64,000 nt of DNA. Source: Candidatus Woesearchaeota archaeon (lineage in GTDB: Archaea; Nanobdellota; Nanobdellia; SCGC-AAA011-G17; JACPNG01). The position numbers and the translations under genes were made by a program. Positions 48,254-57,726 of this stretch are shown piece by piece. The stretch spans positions 4,625 through 68,624 of the forward strand of contig JACPNE010000004.1 in the NCBI GenBank assembly GCA_016185615.1, read 5' to 3'. The notes under the pieces were generated by a model that was not told the origin of the DNA, searched no databases, and saw only the letters and a list, made by a program, of their open reading frames with translations. Within the stretch, counting starts at the first letter, position 1; each line of letters opens with the position of its first letter.

Positions 48254-49708
48254 ATGAAAATCGCATTTGTATGTCCAATAGCTTCTAAGTTCAATCCAGA
48301 TATGATGATTGAGCCGCTTAGTGTCGGTTATTTGGTTTCATATCTAAAATCTAAAGGTTATAAAGACTTTGAGCTATACTTTGGAGCATTTACTCCTGAA
48401 GAAGAAATAGCAGAAAAGAGTTCTAAAGCGGATATAGTCGGATTCACTACAGCATCATCTATGGTTACTCAGGGAATTAGAATAGCAGATATGATTAAAA
48501 AAATAAATCCTAATGTAATAACTGTAATAGGTGGAGCACATGCTACCGCCCTTCCTGAAAAGACATTAAGGGAATGTCCTCCAATAGACATTGTTGTTAG
48601 GGGAGAAGCTGAACACACATTCCATGAATTAATCCAAGCAATAGAAAATGGAAAAGATTTTTCCGATATAAGGGGAGTTACATACAGAAAAAATGAGAAA
48701 ATAGTAACTAATCCTGCAAGGGAATTAATTGAAGATATAGATGAAATTCCTTATCCAGACAGAGAGTTTATACAGCAAAGAATGTTTGTTAAAAAAAATC
48801 TTAAGATAGGAAAAAAGATAGCTTGGATGATGGCAACAAGGGGTTGTCCATTTATATGCAATTTCTGCACTTCAAAAGTAGTATGGAAGATAAGTTATAG
48901 AAAGAGAAGCCCAAAAAATATAGTTGGTGAGATAAAAGAATTAGTTGATAATTATGGGGTAAATCATATCAATTTTGCAGATGATACAATGACTATAGAT
49001 AAACAGTGGACTTTTGATTTGTGCAAGGAAATAAGAAGAGCAAATTTAGGAATTACATGGAGCTGCAATTCCCAGACATCTGTAGTAACAAGAGATATGT
49101 TATACGCTATGAGAAAAGCTGGTTGCGAACAAATATGGTTTGGAGTTGAGTCTGGAAATAAAAAAATCAGATGGGCTATGGAAAAATTCATAACAACAGA
49201 ATCTATAATAAATGCATTTGAATGGGCACACGAAGCAGGATTGAAGACAAGGGCATACATGATAATCGGCGGTCCTGGAGAAAGCTATGATACAATAAAA
49301 GAAAGTGAAGAATTAATGGAAAAAATTAAACCAACCGCAATAAGCTGGACTATCAATACAATGTTGCCAGGATTAAAAGGATACGATGAAGCTGTTAAAA
49401 AAGGATTAATAGAAGAGGATAAAATCGATTGGAGTGGAGTTGGATTTAGAAATATTCATTCTGCAGTCCTTCCAACTGAACATCTTAGCAAAGAAGATAT
49501 ATTATCAGAATGGGAAAGGGTAAGTGAAAAATTCAAAAACTATCAGTTCTATGACTTCCATTTTAGATATATGCCTGAATATTTATTGTATAGATTCATG
49601 ACAACAAATGTTAAACAATATCCCTTAATGACCAAGAAATTATTGAGTCATATTAAGAAGATTGATATAAGAAAGAGCTTAAGTAAAGATGCTACTTCTT
49701 ATGCCTAA
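48254..49708 (+). CDS. Cobalamin-binding radical SAM protein (no. 4)
   Basis: EPLSVGY, GGAH, GEAE, RGCPFICNFC, DDT, GVESG. Confidence 0.94.
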   Translation: MKIAFVCPIASKFNPDMMIEPLSVGYLVSYLKSKGYKDFELYFGAFTPEEEIAEKSSKADIVGFTTASSMVTQGIRIADMIKKINPNVITVIGGAHATALPEKTLRECPPIDIVVRGEAEHTFHELIQAIENGKDFSDIRGVTYRKNEKIVTNPARELIEDIDEIPYPDREFIQQRMFVKKNLKIGKKIAWMMATRGCPFICNFCTSKVVWKISYRKRSPKNIVGEIKELVDNYGVNHINFADDTMTIDKQWTFDLCKEIRRANLGITWSCNSQTSVVTRDMLYAMRKAGCEQIWFGVESGNKKIRWAMEKFITTESIINAFEWAHEAGLKTRAYMIIGGPGESYDTIKESEELMEKIKPTAISWTINTMLPGLKGYDEAVKKGLIEEDKIDWSGVGFRNIHSAVLPTEHLSKEDILSEWERVSEKFKNYQFYDFHFRYMPEYLLYRFMTTNVKQYPLMTKKLLSHIKKIDIRKSLSKDATSYA

Positions 49709-51717
49709 TTAATCAGTATTTTCCACCATTTCTTTGAATTATCTTCTAAGTTATATTCATTCATAACCAATTTTCTTGCATTTATTCCAAATTTGTTTCT
49801 TAAAATTTTATTATCAATCAAAATCTTTAATTTATTGTATAATTCTTGCTTATCTTTCTGTTTTATTAAAAATCCAACTTTATTTTTGTTTATTATTTCT
49901 TTTGGACCAACGCAATCAGTTGAAACTACCGCTAATCCTGACGCCATAGCTTCTATTAATGAAATTCCAAACCATTCCTCCCAAGTGTTCAAAGAATAAG
50001 AATTTAATATGAATATGTCGCTTTGACCATACAATTTTTTCAATTCTTTTTTTGATCCTATATATCCAAGATATTTTACAGGAAAGTATTTTTCTTTGGA
50101 TTTTATCAACTCTGCTAATGGGCCATCTCCAGCAAATAAAAATTCAACTTTATTTTTGTTAAATTTTGATGATACCTCTAATATATCCCTTATCCCTTTC
50201 TCCTCAACTAATCTGCCTGTGTACAATATCTTAATCTTCTTGTTATTTTTATTCTTTAAATTATATAAATTAATATCAACGGAATGTGGAATTTGTATAA
50301 CATTATACCCTTTCGATTTTAATGCATTGTAAGCTGTCTTGGAAACTGCAACTATTTTTGTTCTTTTTAGAAACTGATGCCATATCCATTTGTTGAATAA
50401 TGGTTTTGTTTCATATTTTTTTGTATTCCAATAGGGCCATGAAGTAAAATAAATTGTATTTTTTCCTAATAAATTAAGGAAAAACATATAGTATATCATA
50501 TTGGAATATGCAGGGAATGATAATATAATATTTTTTTTAAATAATAGTTTTACAGGAGCCAAGATTCCATCAACTATATTTTTAATAGAAGGTTCTCCTT
50601 CTATAACATTAGATTTTCCTGTAAATCTTTTTCTTATTATCCTAAATAGTTTAGAATGATTATTCAATTTTATTAGTGTGTTATATAAAAATCTGGAAGA
50701 TATTCTTTTTATTTCAATGTTTTTTGTTTTTTTAAGATGATAAATATTCCAGTAATAAAAATCCTTTAATCCTGTTGTGTATATAACTAAATTATATTTT
50801 CTTAATTTTCTGATAGAAAGCATATTTTTTATTATCTTGTGAATATGAAAAAGGTTCCATAACACTGCTTTTTTGAATAAATAGATTAAAACGATTCTTG
50901 ATCTATTGGTTAATCTTCTTGTATTGAAAAGAACATTAATCTTATTTCTTTTTATTTTTGTTCTTCCTTCAACAGAAGCAAAAGATAATAGATTAATATT
51001 AAATAAGGCCATTAATATATCCTTAATTATTAATTTAAATCTAGGAAAATCAAATAATTCTCTATTATTTTTATCTAAAAACAGATATTTAAAATAAGAA
51101 TAGATATGATTTTTAGTTGTTAAGTAATATCTCTTTTCCAAGTTTAAAGAAACTTTTGATTGTAATGCATGCATGGCAATTGCTTCTCTTACATATTTGC
51201 ATTTTAGATTATTTAGTTTGCATCTCAAGAAGAAGTCTGTATCCTCATCATAAATGAAGTAAAGCTCATCAAAAAATAAATTATTTTCAATTAAAGAATT
51301 TTTTCTAATCATGAAAACAGTTGATGCTTTCAGATATCTCTCTTCATTAGAGTTTGAAGGATACATTTTGGTATTATCCTCAAAGATTATCCTTGGAAAT
51401 AATATGTCATGATTATCATATTTTAAGAATTTCTTGAGTATATCTTTTGTCAAAAAAACATCACTATCAACAAAAAAGAGATATTCTCCATTCGCTTCTT
51501 TTATTCCTACATTTCTTGCATATGCTGGACCTTTATTTGATTTGTTTCTTATTATATTTACCTTAGGAAAATTCTTTTTTATTATTTCAATTGTCTTATC
51601 ATTAGAATTATCATCAATTACAATAATTTCTTTATCACATTTGATGGAATAAATGCTTCTAATGCACCTTTCTATTGTATCTTCCCTATTGTAAGTTGGC
51701 ACTATAAATGATATCAT
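49705..51717 (-). CDS. Bifunctional GT2-GT4 glycosyltransferase fusion
   Basis: N-terminal IVPTYN/IDDNS.D/ARN.G/VDSD; C-terminal GRLVEEKG, EWFGISLIEAMASG. Confidence 0.9.
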   Translation of the reverse strand: MISFIVPTYNREDTIERCIRSIYSIKCDKEIIVIDDNSNDKTIEIIKKNFPKVNIIRNKSNKGPAYARNVGIKEANGEYLFFVDSDVFLTKDILKKFLKYDNHDILFPRIIFEDNTKMYPSNSNEERYLKASTVFMIRKNSLIENNLFFDELYFIYDEDTDFFLRCKLNNLKCKYVREAIAMHALQSKVSLNLEKRYYLTTKNHIYSYFKYLFLDKNNRELFDFPRFKLIIKDILMALFNINLLSFASVEGRTKIKRNKINVLFNTRRLTNRSRIVLIYLFKKAVLWNLFHIHKIIKNMLSIRKLRKYNLVIYTTGLKDFYYWNIYHLKKTKNIEIKRISSRFLYNTLIKLNNHSKLFRIIRKRFTGKSNVIEGEPSIKNIVDGILAPVKLLFKKNIILSFPAYSNMIYYMFFLNLLGKNTIYFTSWPYWNTKKYETKPLFNKWIWHQFLKRTKIVAVSKTAYNALKSKGYNVIQIPHSVDINLYNLKNKNNKKIKILYTGRLVEEKGIRDILEVSSKFNKNKVEFLFAGDGPLAELIKSKEKYFPVKYLGYIGSKKELKKLYGQSDIFILNSYSLNTWEEWFGISLIEAMASGLAVVSTDCVGPKEIINKNKVGFLIKQKDKQELYNKLKILIDNKILRNKFGINARKLVMNEYNLEDNSKKWWKILIN

Positions 51718-51770
51718 TTCTATCTAAGTTTTTAATAAGAGAAAGCTTTAAATAACATACGAGTGGAGAA

Positions 51771-52886
51771 TCAGTCTAACATTCCAAGTTTATTTTTTAT
51801 AACTTGTTTGCCATAATGATATGGACTATGATACATTGTGGATTGTAAGAAACATCCATGTGTACAGAAGCATCCCTTTACTTTTTCTCTTAACTTATCC
51901 ATCTTCTCAGAGTTCCATGCCTTGGCAAAGTCATAATCATAATTTTTAATATTATCTCCTGTCTCTAATAATTCACATACCCCAATATTACCATCCGGAT
52001 AGACTACTCCAATTAAATTTCCAGCCTGGCATTCCATCAAAGGGGCTTGTTTTTTTAATATCTTAACAGCCATCTCCATTTTTGACAAGAATACTGTTCT
52101 ATGTAAATCAAGCCAATTCTTTCTTGTATGGGTAACATCATAATTATCCTTTAATTTCTCATAAACATACTCTAAATCATCAAAATCAGGCAATCCATAT
52201 TCTTCCTTTGTCTTTGGATTTACATCAGCTAATCTTGGTCTTACAGCAAAGTAATCTGAGCCTCTTATCAATTCAAATGCATGATCAACTCCAAGTTCAT
52301 TTACTAGATTCATTATCTGATCTAACTTAAAGTGATTTTTATTAGATAATACTGTAAGAGCATTTACACTAAAATTAGGATAATCATTCTTTAATTCTTT
52401 CAATAGTTTTATAGTTTCAATCGCTTTGTCAAAAGAACCATCCATTGCTCTTACTTTATCATGATCTTCTTTTACTCCATCTATTGATACTTGAATATGA
52501 ACATTTGATTTTACTTTTGAAAGAATATCAACTGCTCTATCTCTTATAAATTTTGGAGTGAATCCATTCGTTGTTAAATTAATATTTTTTGTTTTATTCT
52601 CTTTGCTATAAACTTCACATAAGTCAGCTATCTCCTTAAACAAGAATGTCTCTCCTCCTGTTAATAAAGCGCTTTCCAAGGGATGTTTTAATGATCTGAT
52701 CATCTTCGCTTGTTCCTCAAATCCCATATCTCCGGGCTTATTCAATTCTTTCCAGTAGAAACAATGATGGCATTTTAGATTACATCTCGTTGTAACAAAA
52801 TGTATCAAAATTAATGGAGTTTGTAGTCCTCTCTTTATCTGAACTGTATATTTTCCATAATCAATTAAATTTTTTGTGAAGCTCAT
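51771..52886 (-). CDS. Radical SAM protein with a Twitch-type C-terminus (paralog of the GT2-fused domain)
   Basis: CNLKCHHC, TGGE, TNG, SIDG, CQAG...CE...CFCTHGC. Confidence 0.92.
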   Translation of the reverse strand: MSFTKNLIDYGKYTVQIKRGLQTPLILIHFVTTRCNLKCHHCFYWKELNKPGDMGFEEQAKMIRSLKHPLESALLTGGETFLFKEIADLCEVYSKENKTKNINLTTNGFTPKFIRDRAVDILSKVKSNVHIQVSIDGVKEDHDKVRAMDGSFDKAIETIKLLKELKNDYPNFSVNALTVLSNKNHFKLDQIMNLVNELGVDHAFELIRGSDYFAVRPRLADVNPKTKEEYGLPDFDDLEYVYEKLKDNYDVTHTRKNWLDLHRTVFLSKMEMAVKILKKQAPLMECQAGNLIGVVYPDGNIGVCELLETGDNIKNYDYDFAKAWNSEKMDKLREKVKGCFCTHGCFLQSTMYHSPYHYGKQVIKNKLGMLD

Positions 52887-52887
52887 T

Positions 52888-54456
52888 TTAGTAGTAAAAG
52901 TCAGCCATTGATCTGTTTTTAATTATATCTAGTGGCTGCATTATCATTTTTCTTCCTTTTCTTACATTATTTACAATATTATCTTTTATAATCCTAGTAA
53001 TTCCAGGAAAATTCTTGTATAAAAACTTATAAGGGGTTTTTAATGGAAATACTAAGAGATTAGATAACGGTAATAATGTTATTAATGATTTATGAATCTT
53101 TTCATTAAGGAATATTTTATCTATAATTTTACTATTACCAAATAATTGGTATAATCTCATGAATATCCTAAAGTATCTGTATGAAAATAAAACAGCTTGT
53201 TGATTTATTGAATCTTGTTTTATAATGTTTTCATCAAAATAAGTCCCGAATTTAGCTGAATCTTCTGTTATCCATCCCTCTTTTATGGCTGTGTTATATA
53301 ATTCTGTATTTGGATAAGGCTGCCATATACTCAAATGTACTGAAGTTGCTTTTATCTTAGCGCATAACTTTATTGTCTCAAGTATATTTGATAAAGTTTC
53401 ATAAGGAAATCCAATCATTACATAAGCTCTAGTTTTAATTCCATATTTATTACAAGCATCAAAAGCTTCCTGTATTTTTTCAGTTGGTGTTACCCTTTTC
53501 AATATTTTCTCTCTTAATTCTGAATTTCCAGACTCAACACCCATGCAAAGCTCGACAAAGTTTGCTTTCTTAAGATATTTTGCAGTCTCAAAATTTACTA
53601 AGTCAACCCTTGTATTAGCCATTAATGGCAGATTAATTTCCTTGCTGTATTTTTCTGAGAAATCCTTAAGCCATGTCTTGTTTAATCCAAATGTATCATC
53701 TAATAGTTCAACATGATCCATATAAGGATATTTTTTAACGCATTCTTTTAATTCATTTACAACATTGTCAACAGACCTCATCCTTACAAACTTTCCTTTT
53801 CCTTTGTATAACTCCTGAAATTGTGGTTCAGAACAATAAGTGCATGTAAAAGGACATCCCCTTGTTGTGATTACATTTAATTTTTTTATCTTGGCCTGGA
53901 CTAAATTATTAAAGTCAAATAAATCTCTATCCGGATAAGGAAGCTCATCTAGATTATCACTTAAATTTCTTACAGGATTTCTATATATTTTTCCATCTTT
54001 CTTTATCCATAATCCATCTATTTTTGTATAATCCTGTTTCTTGTCTATTTTATTGCATAATTCAACAAATGCCTCTTCTGATTCCCCTATTGAGATTACA
54101 TCTATGCCTTCTTTCTTCAAAACCCTCTCAGAATCTATAGTTGCATGTATCCCACCAAAAATTGTTATGGCTTTTGGGAATTCTTCTTTTACTAACGGAG
54201 CTATTTTTTCTATTTTATCGAACTGGTTAGAATAAGCAGTATAACAAATTAAATCTGGATTATAATCTTTAATGTTTTTTATTAATTCTTGAACATTAAT
54301 CTCACCAAGAATATGTAATAATTTGGTTTTATGCCCTTCCTTCTTTGCACAGGCTGAGAGCATAGCTAACCCTAAATGATAAGAGCCTTTATACTCTTCA
54401 TCTGTCATAATATCTGTTATATAGTTATAATCTGGAAAAACAAAAAGGATCCTCAT
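52888..54456 (-). CDS. Cobalamin-binding radical SAM protein (no. 5)
   Basis: LGLAML, GGIH, GESE, RGCPFTCTYC, DDTF, GVESG, PYPNT. Confidence 0.94.
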   Translation of the reverse strand: MRILFVFPDYNYITDIMTDEEYKGSYHLGLAMLSACAKKEGHKTKLLHILGEINVQELIKNIKDYNPDLICYTAYSNQFDKIEKIAPLVKEEFPKAITIFGGIHATIDSERVLKKEGIDVISIGESEEAFVELCNKIDKKQDYTKIDGLWIKKDGKIYRNPVRNLSDNLDELPYPDRDLFDFNNLVQAKIKKLNVITTRGCPFTCTYCSEPQFQELYKGKGKFVRMRSVDNVVNELKECVKKYPYMDHVELLDDTFGLNKTWLKDFSEKYSKEINLPLMANTRVDLVNFETAKYLKKANFVELCMGVESGNSELREKILKRVTPTEKIQEAFDACNKYGIKTRAYVMIGFPYETLSNILETIKLCAKIKATSVHLSIWQPYPNTELYNTAIKEGWITEDSAKFGTYFDENIIKQDSINQQAVLFSYRYFRIFMRLYQLFGNSKIIDKIFLNEKIHKSLITLLPLSNLLVFPLKTPYKFLYKNFPGITRIIKDNIVNNVRKGRKMIMQPLDIIKNRSMADFYY

Positions 54457-54470
54457 CCTAACCACCACAC

Positions 54471-55541
54471 CTAAATTTTCAACTCCCTTATAGCATTAAT
54501 TACTCTTTCTTTGTTTATAAGTTTAACGTCGCCTTTATTCTCAATTAGTATACTTTTATTATCATTATATCCCCACACATGGCTTAAGCTTGTTCCAAAT
54601 AAGGCTATTAATCTTGTATTAACCGCTTTAGCCATATGCATGGGTCCAGAGTCCGGGCATATTATCAATTCAGCCCTTCTGATTAACTCAGCTAATTGCA
54701 TTAAGGATAATTTTCCTGATAAATTTATTGGCTTGTTTTTCATATTCTTCATAATTTCATCAGCCATCCACTTCTCATTGTCAGATCCTGTTAAAATGAT
54801 CGAATATTTCTTTGATAGAAAATTTCCAACTTCAGCAAATTTCTTATTATCCCATAATTTTAATGGACCCCCAGAACCTGGATGTAGTATTACAAATTTT
54901 TTTATTTTGTTTTTCTTTAACAAATTATCAACAAATAATTTTTCTTCATTTGAGATAAATAATTCTAATTTTTTATCTTTGGAGTTAATTCCAATAGTTC
55001 TTAACAAATTTAAATTTCTATCAATTATATGCAAAGAATCATCATAATTTCCAATATGTGTTAATAGAAAATCTCCTCCTTTAACATCATAAGCTAGTCT
55101 ATATCTAGATTTGGATAAATAAGCTATGAAAATATTTCTTAGCTCTCCTCTTAAATCAATAGCCAAGTCAAAATTATTTCTTCTTATCTTCTTAAAGAAT
55201 TTTATATGTTTCAATATGCTAAAAGTCTTTTTTCCTCTGTACCATAAAGGATCATAAACAATAACCTCATCAACATATGGGCAATTTTCTATTAATTCTT
55301 TTGTTAATGACCTTAACATTATTGAAATATGTGCTTTTGGATAAGCTCTTCTCAAAGCTCTTAAAGTTGGAATTGATGTTATAACATCCCCTATATGGTC
55401 TAATCTTATAACTAATATTTTATTTATGTTCTTTAATCCTTTATTTTTTTTATAATGAAAGAATATTTTTCCTATTAAGTCAACAAATGCTGTTGTATAG
55501 AGATTCCTTTTATAGTCTAATCTATACTTAGATAACATCAT
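54471..55541 (-). CDS. GT9 heptosyltransferase-like glycosyltransferase
   Basis: RLDHIGDV...P, HPGS....K.W, DSGPMHMA.A......LFG. Confidence 0.93.
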   Translation of the reverse strand: MMLSKYRLDYKRNLYTTAFVDLIGKIFFHYKKNKGLKNINKILVIRLDHIGDVITSIPTLRALRRAYPKAHISIMLRSLTKELIENCPYVDEVIVYDPLWYRGKKTFSILKHIKFFKKIRRNNFDLAIDLRGELRNIFIAYLSKSRYRLAYDVKGGDFLLTHIGNYDDSLHIIDRNLNLLRTIGINSKDKKLELFISNEEKLFVDNLLKKNKIKKFVILHPGSGGPLKLWDNKKFAEVGNFLSKKYSIILTGSDNEKWMADEIMKNMKNKPINLSGKLSLMQLAELIRRAELIICPDSGPMHMAKAVNTRLIALFGTSLSHVWGYNDNKSILIENKGDVKLINKERVINAIRELKI

Positions 55542-55588
55542 AATTCTTTAATAATAAGTTTCTTAAACATTTCTACCTTCTATTTTCA

Positions 55589-56707
55589 ATGCTATTTTAC
55601 AGGGAATACCTTGAAGACATCTTAAGATTCTCTTCATGGTATGTGGATTACTATTCATTTTTAATTACATCAATCTTTAGAAGAAAAAAGATTGGAGATG
55701 TAAAAAGTATAATAATCATAGACTTAAAGTATATTGGAGACTTGATAATTGATACTCCGATGATAAGGGCATTAAAAGACAGATATCCAAATGCTAAAAT
55801 TTCTATTTTGGTTCCCCAGCCAATGAGGGAAGTCTTAATGGGAAATCCGGATATCTTCTCAATAATAACTGATGATAAAGAATCCCTTGAAAGATTATCA
55901 AGGGAAAAGTTTGATTTGGGAATATTATTATATCCTGGAGATAAAAAAATGAGCTCTTTCCTAAAAAATATAGCTTCTTACAGAATAGGAATAAGAAGAT
56001 CTGGAGCATTTGAGCCTAAAGGATATTATTTAAATAAAAAAACCAAGCCTTGTTTAATATGGAAACATAAGATAGACGATAACTTAGATGTGATAAAGAC
56101 AATTGGAATAAAAGCTAATGAAAAGAAAATTCAATTACATGCTACAAAAAGGATTGACTCTTTTTTTAGAGAAAATATGATTTCAGACAAAGATTTTATT
56201 ATAGTCATACATGCCTCTCCCCAGCACAAAAGCCATGAATGGTTCAAAGACAGATTTGCATTATTAGCTGATAAATTAATTGAGGATTATAAAGCAAATG
56301 TTATTTTTACAGGAGCTGAAAAAGATTCTGATTATAATGAAGAAATAATAAAAATGATGAATTATAAAGCGATGAATTACTCCGGACATTCAATACAGGA
56401 ATTTTTTGCTATGATAAAAAGAGCAAATCTTATTATAAGTGTCGATACAAGCGCCATGCATGTAGCAGCTGCTTTCAATAAGCCAGTCATAGCATTATTC
56501 GGAGCAGGCAATCCAAAAGTATGGCACCCTTATTGTGATAATTTCAAAGTTATTTATAAGGAAGATGTAGCACATACAAGGTGCTGGAAGCATGATTGCT
56601 ATCTTAAGGGAGAAAGATATATGGAATGCATGAAAAACATCCAAGTTCATGATATTTTAAAAGCTATTAATGAAATGGATATATTCCAGAATATAATAAC
56701 GGATTAG
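55589..56707 (+). CDS. GT9 heptosyltransferase-like glycosyltransferase
   Basis: IGDL...P...L...YP, DTSAMHVAAA..KP..ALFG....WHP, terminal C...C....CM. Confidence 0.93.
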   Translation: MLFYREYLEDILRFSSWYVDYYSFLITSIFRRKKIGDVKSIIIIDLKYIGDLIIDTPMIRALKDRYPNAKISILVPQPMREVLMGNPDIFSIITDDKESLERLSREKFDLGILLYPGDKKMSSFLKNIASYRIGIRRSGAFEPKGYYLNKKTKPCLIWKHKIDDNLDVIKTIGIKANEKKIQLHATKRIDSFFRENMISDKDFIIVIHASPQHKSHEWFKDRFALLADKLIEDYKANVIFTGAEKDSDYNEEIIKMMNYKAMNYSGHSIQEFFAMIKRANLIISVDTSAMHVAAAFNKPVIALFGAGNPKVWHPYCDNFKVIYKEDVAHTRCWKHDCYLKGERYMECMKNIQVHDILKAINEMDIFQNIITD

Positions 56708-56751
56708 CAATTCTTAAAAAGCTAATTAAATAGGATTTTAGGTGTTTAAAG

Positions 56752-57726
56752 ATGAAATTACTGGTTACTGGGGGTCTTGGATTTATAGGAAGCAATTTTG
56801 TAAGATATATTCTTGATAAATATCCTAATTATGAGTTAATTAATCTAGATAAAGTAACTTATTGTGGAAGATACGAAAATCTAAAGGATATAGAAAATAA
56901 TCCTAATTATACCTTTGTAAAGGGAGATATAGGCAATCAAGAGTTAGTTGAGCATATTATAAATCATCATAAGCCAGATGTGGTTGTTAATATTGCTGCT
57001 GAATCCCATAATGATAATGCAATAAAAGATCCCCATATTTTTGTAAAAACTAATGTTTTGGGAACCCAAGTATTATTGCATGCTTGTTTAGATAAAGTAA
57101 AGAGATTTCATCATGTCTCAACCTGTGAAGTTTATGGAGATTTGGATTTAGATTCAGATGAAAAATTTACAGAGTCTACAAGATATGCCCCTAAGTCTCC
57201 TTATAATGCTTCCAAAGCTGGCTCTGATCATATTGTAATGGCTTATTACCACACATTTGGACTTCCTGTTACAATATCAAATGCTGGAAATAATTATGGC
57301 CCATATCAATATCCTGAAAAATTAATTCCATTGTTTGTTACAAATGCGATTGAGAATAAAAAGCTCCCATTATTCAAATCCAGTCAAAATAAAAGAGAAT
57401 GGATTCATGTATTAGATCATTGTAGAGCAATTGATGCAATAATCCATAAAGGAAAAGTTGGACAGTATTACAATGTTGGAACTGGAGTAGAAAAAAACAT
57501 TGAGGAGATAACTAAAATAATTTTAAATCATTTGCAAAAGCCCGAGTCATTAAAGGAGTATGTTCCAGACAGGAAAAGCCATGACAGAAGATATTTGTTG
57601 GATTCCTCAAAAATAATGAACGAGATTGGATGGGCTCCTGAAATTGATTTTGATCAAGGAATTAAAGAAACAATAGATTGGTATAAGGAGAACGAATGGT
57701 GGTGGAGGCCATTGAAAAATGCCTAA
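56752..57726 (+). CDS. rfbB: dTDP-glucose 4,6-dehydratase
   Basis: TGGLGFIGSNF, AAESH, ST.EVYG, YNASKA, NNYGPYQ.PEK, HDRRY. Confidence 0.92.
   Translation: MKLLVTGGLGFIGSNFVRYILDKYPNYELINLDKVTYCGRYENLKDIENNPNYTFVKGDIGNQELVEHIINHHKPDVVVNIAAESHNDNAIKDPHIFVKTNVLGTQVLLHACLDKVKRFHHVSTCEVYGDLDLDSDEKFTESTRYAPKSPYNASKAGSDHIVMAYYHTFGLPVTISNAGNNYGPYQYPEKLIPLFVTNAIENKKLPLFKSSQNKREWIHVLDHCRAIDAIIHKGKVGQYYNVGTGVEKNIEEITKIILNHLQKPESLKEYVPDRKSHDRRYLLDSSKIMNEIGWAPEIDFDQGIKETIDWYKENEWWWRPLKNA

Noticed and set aside
37938-52886. RiPP cluster driven by the Twitch/SPASM radical SAM enzymes
   Set aside because: No precursor peptide, RRE domain, peptidase or exporter is evident, and one copy is fused to a glycosyltransferase.
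28220-54456. Hopanoid (hpn) or GDGT-modification cluster
   Set aside because: Similar enzyme classes occur there, but no squalene/hopene or tetraether synthase gene is in the window and the context is sugar-centred; it cannot be fully excluded without a phylogeny.
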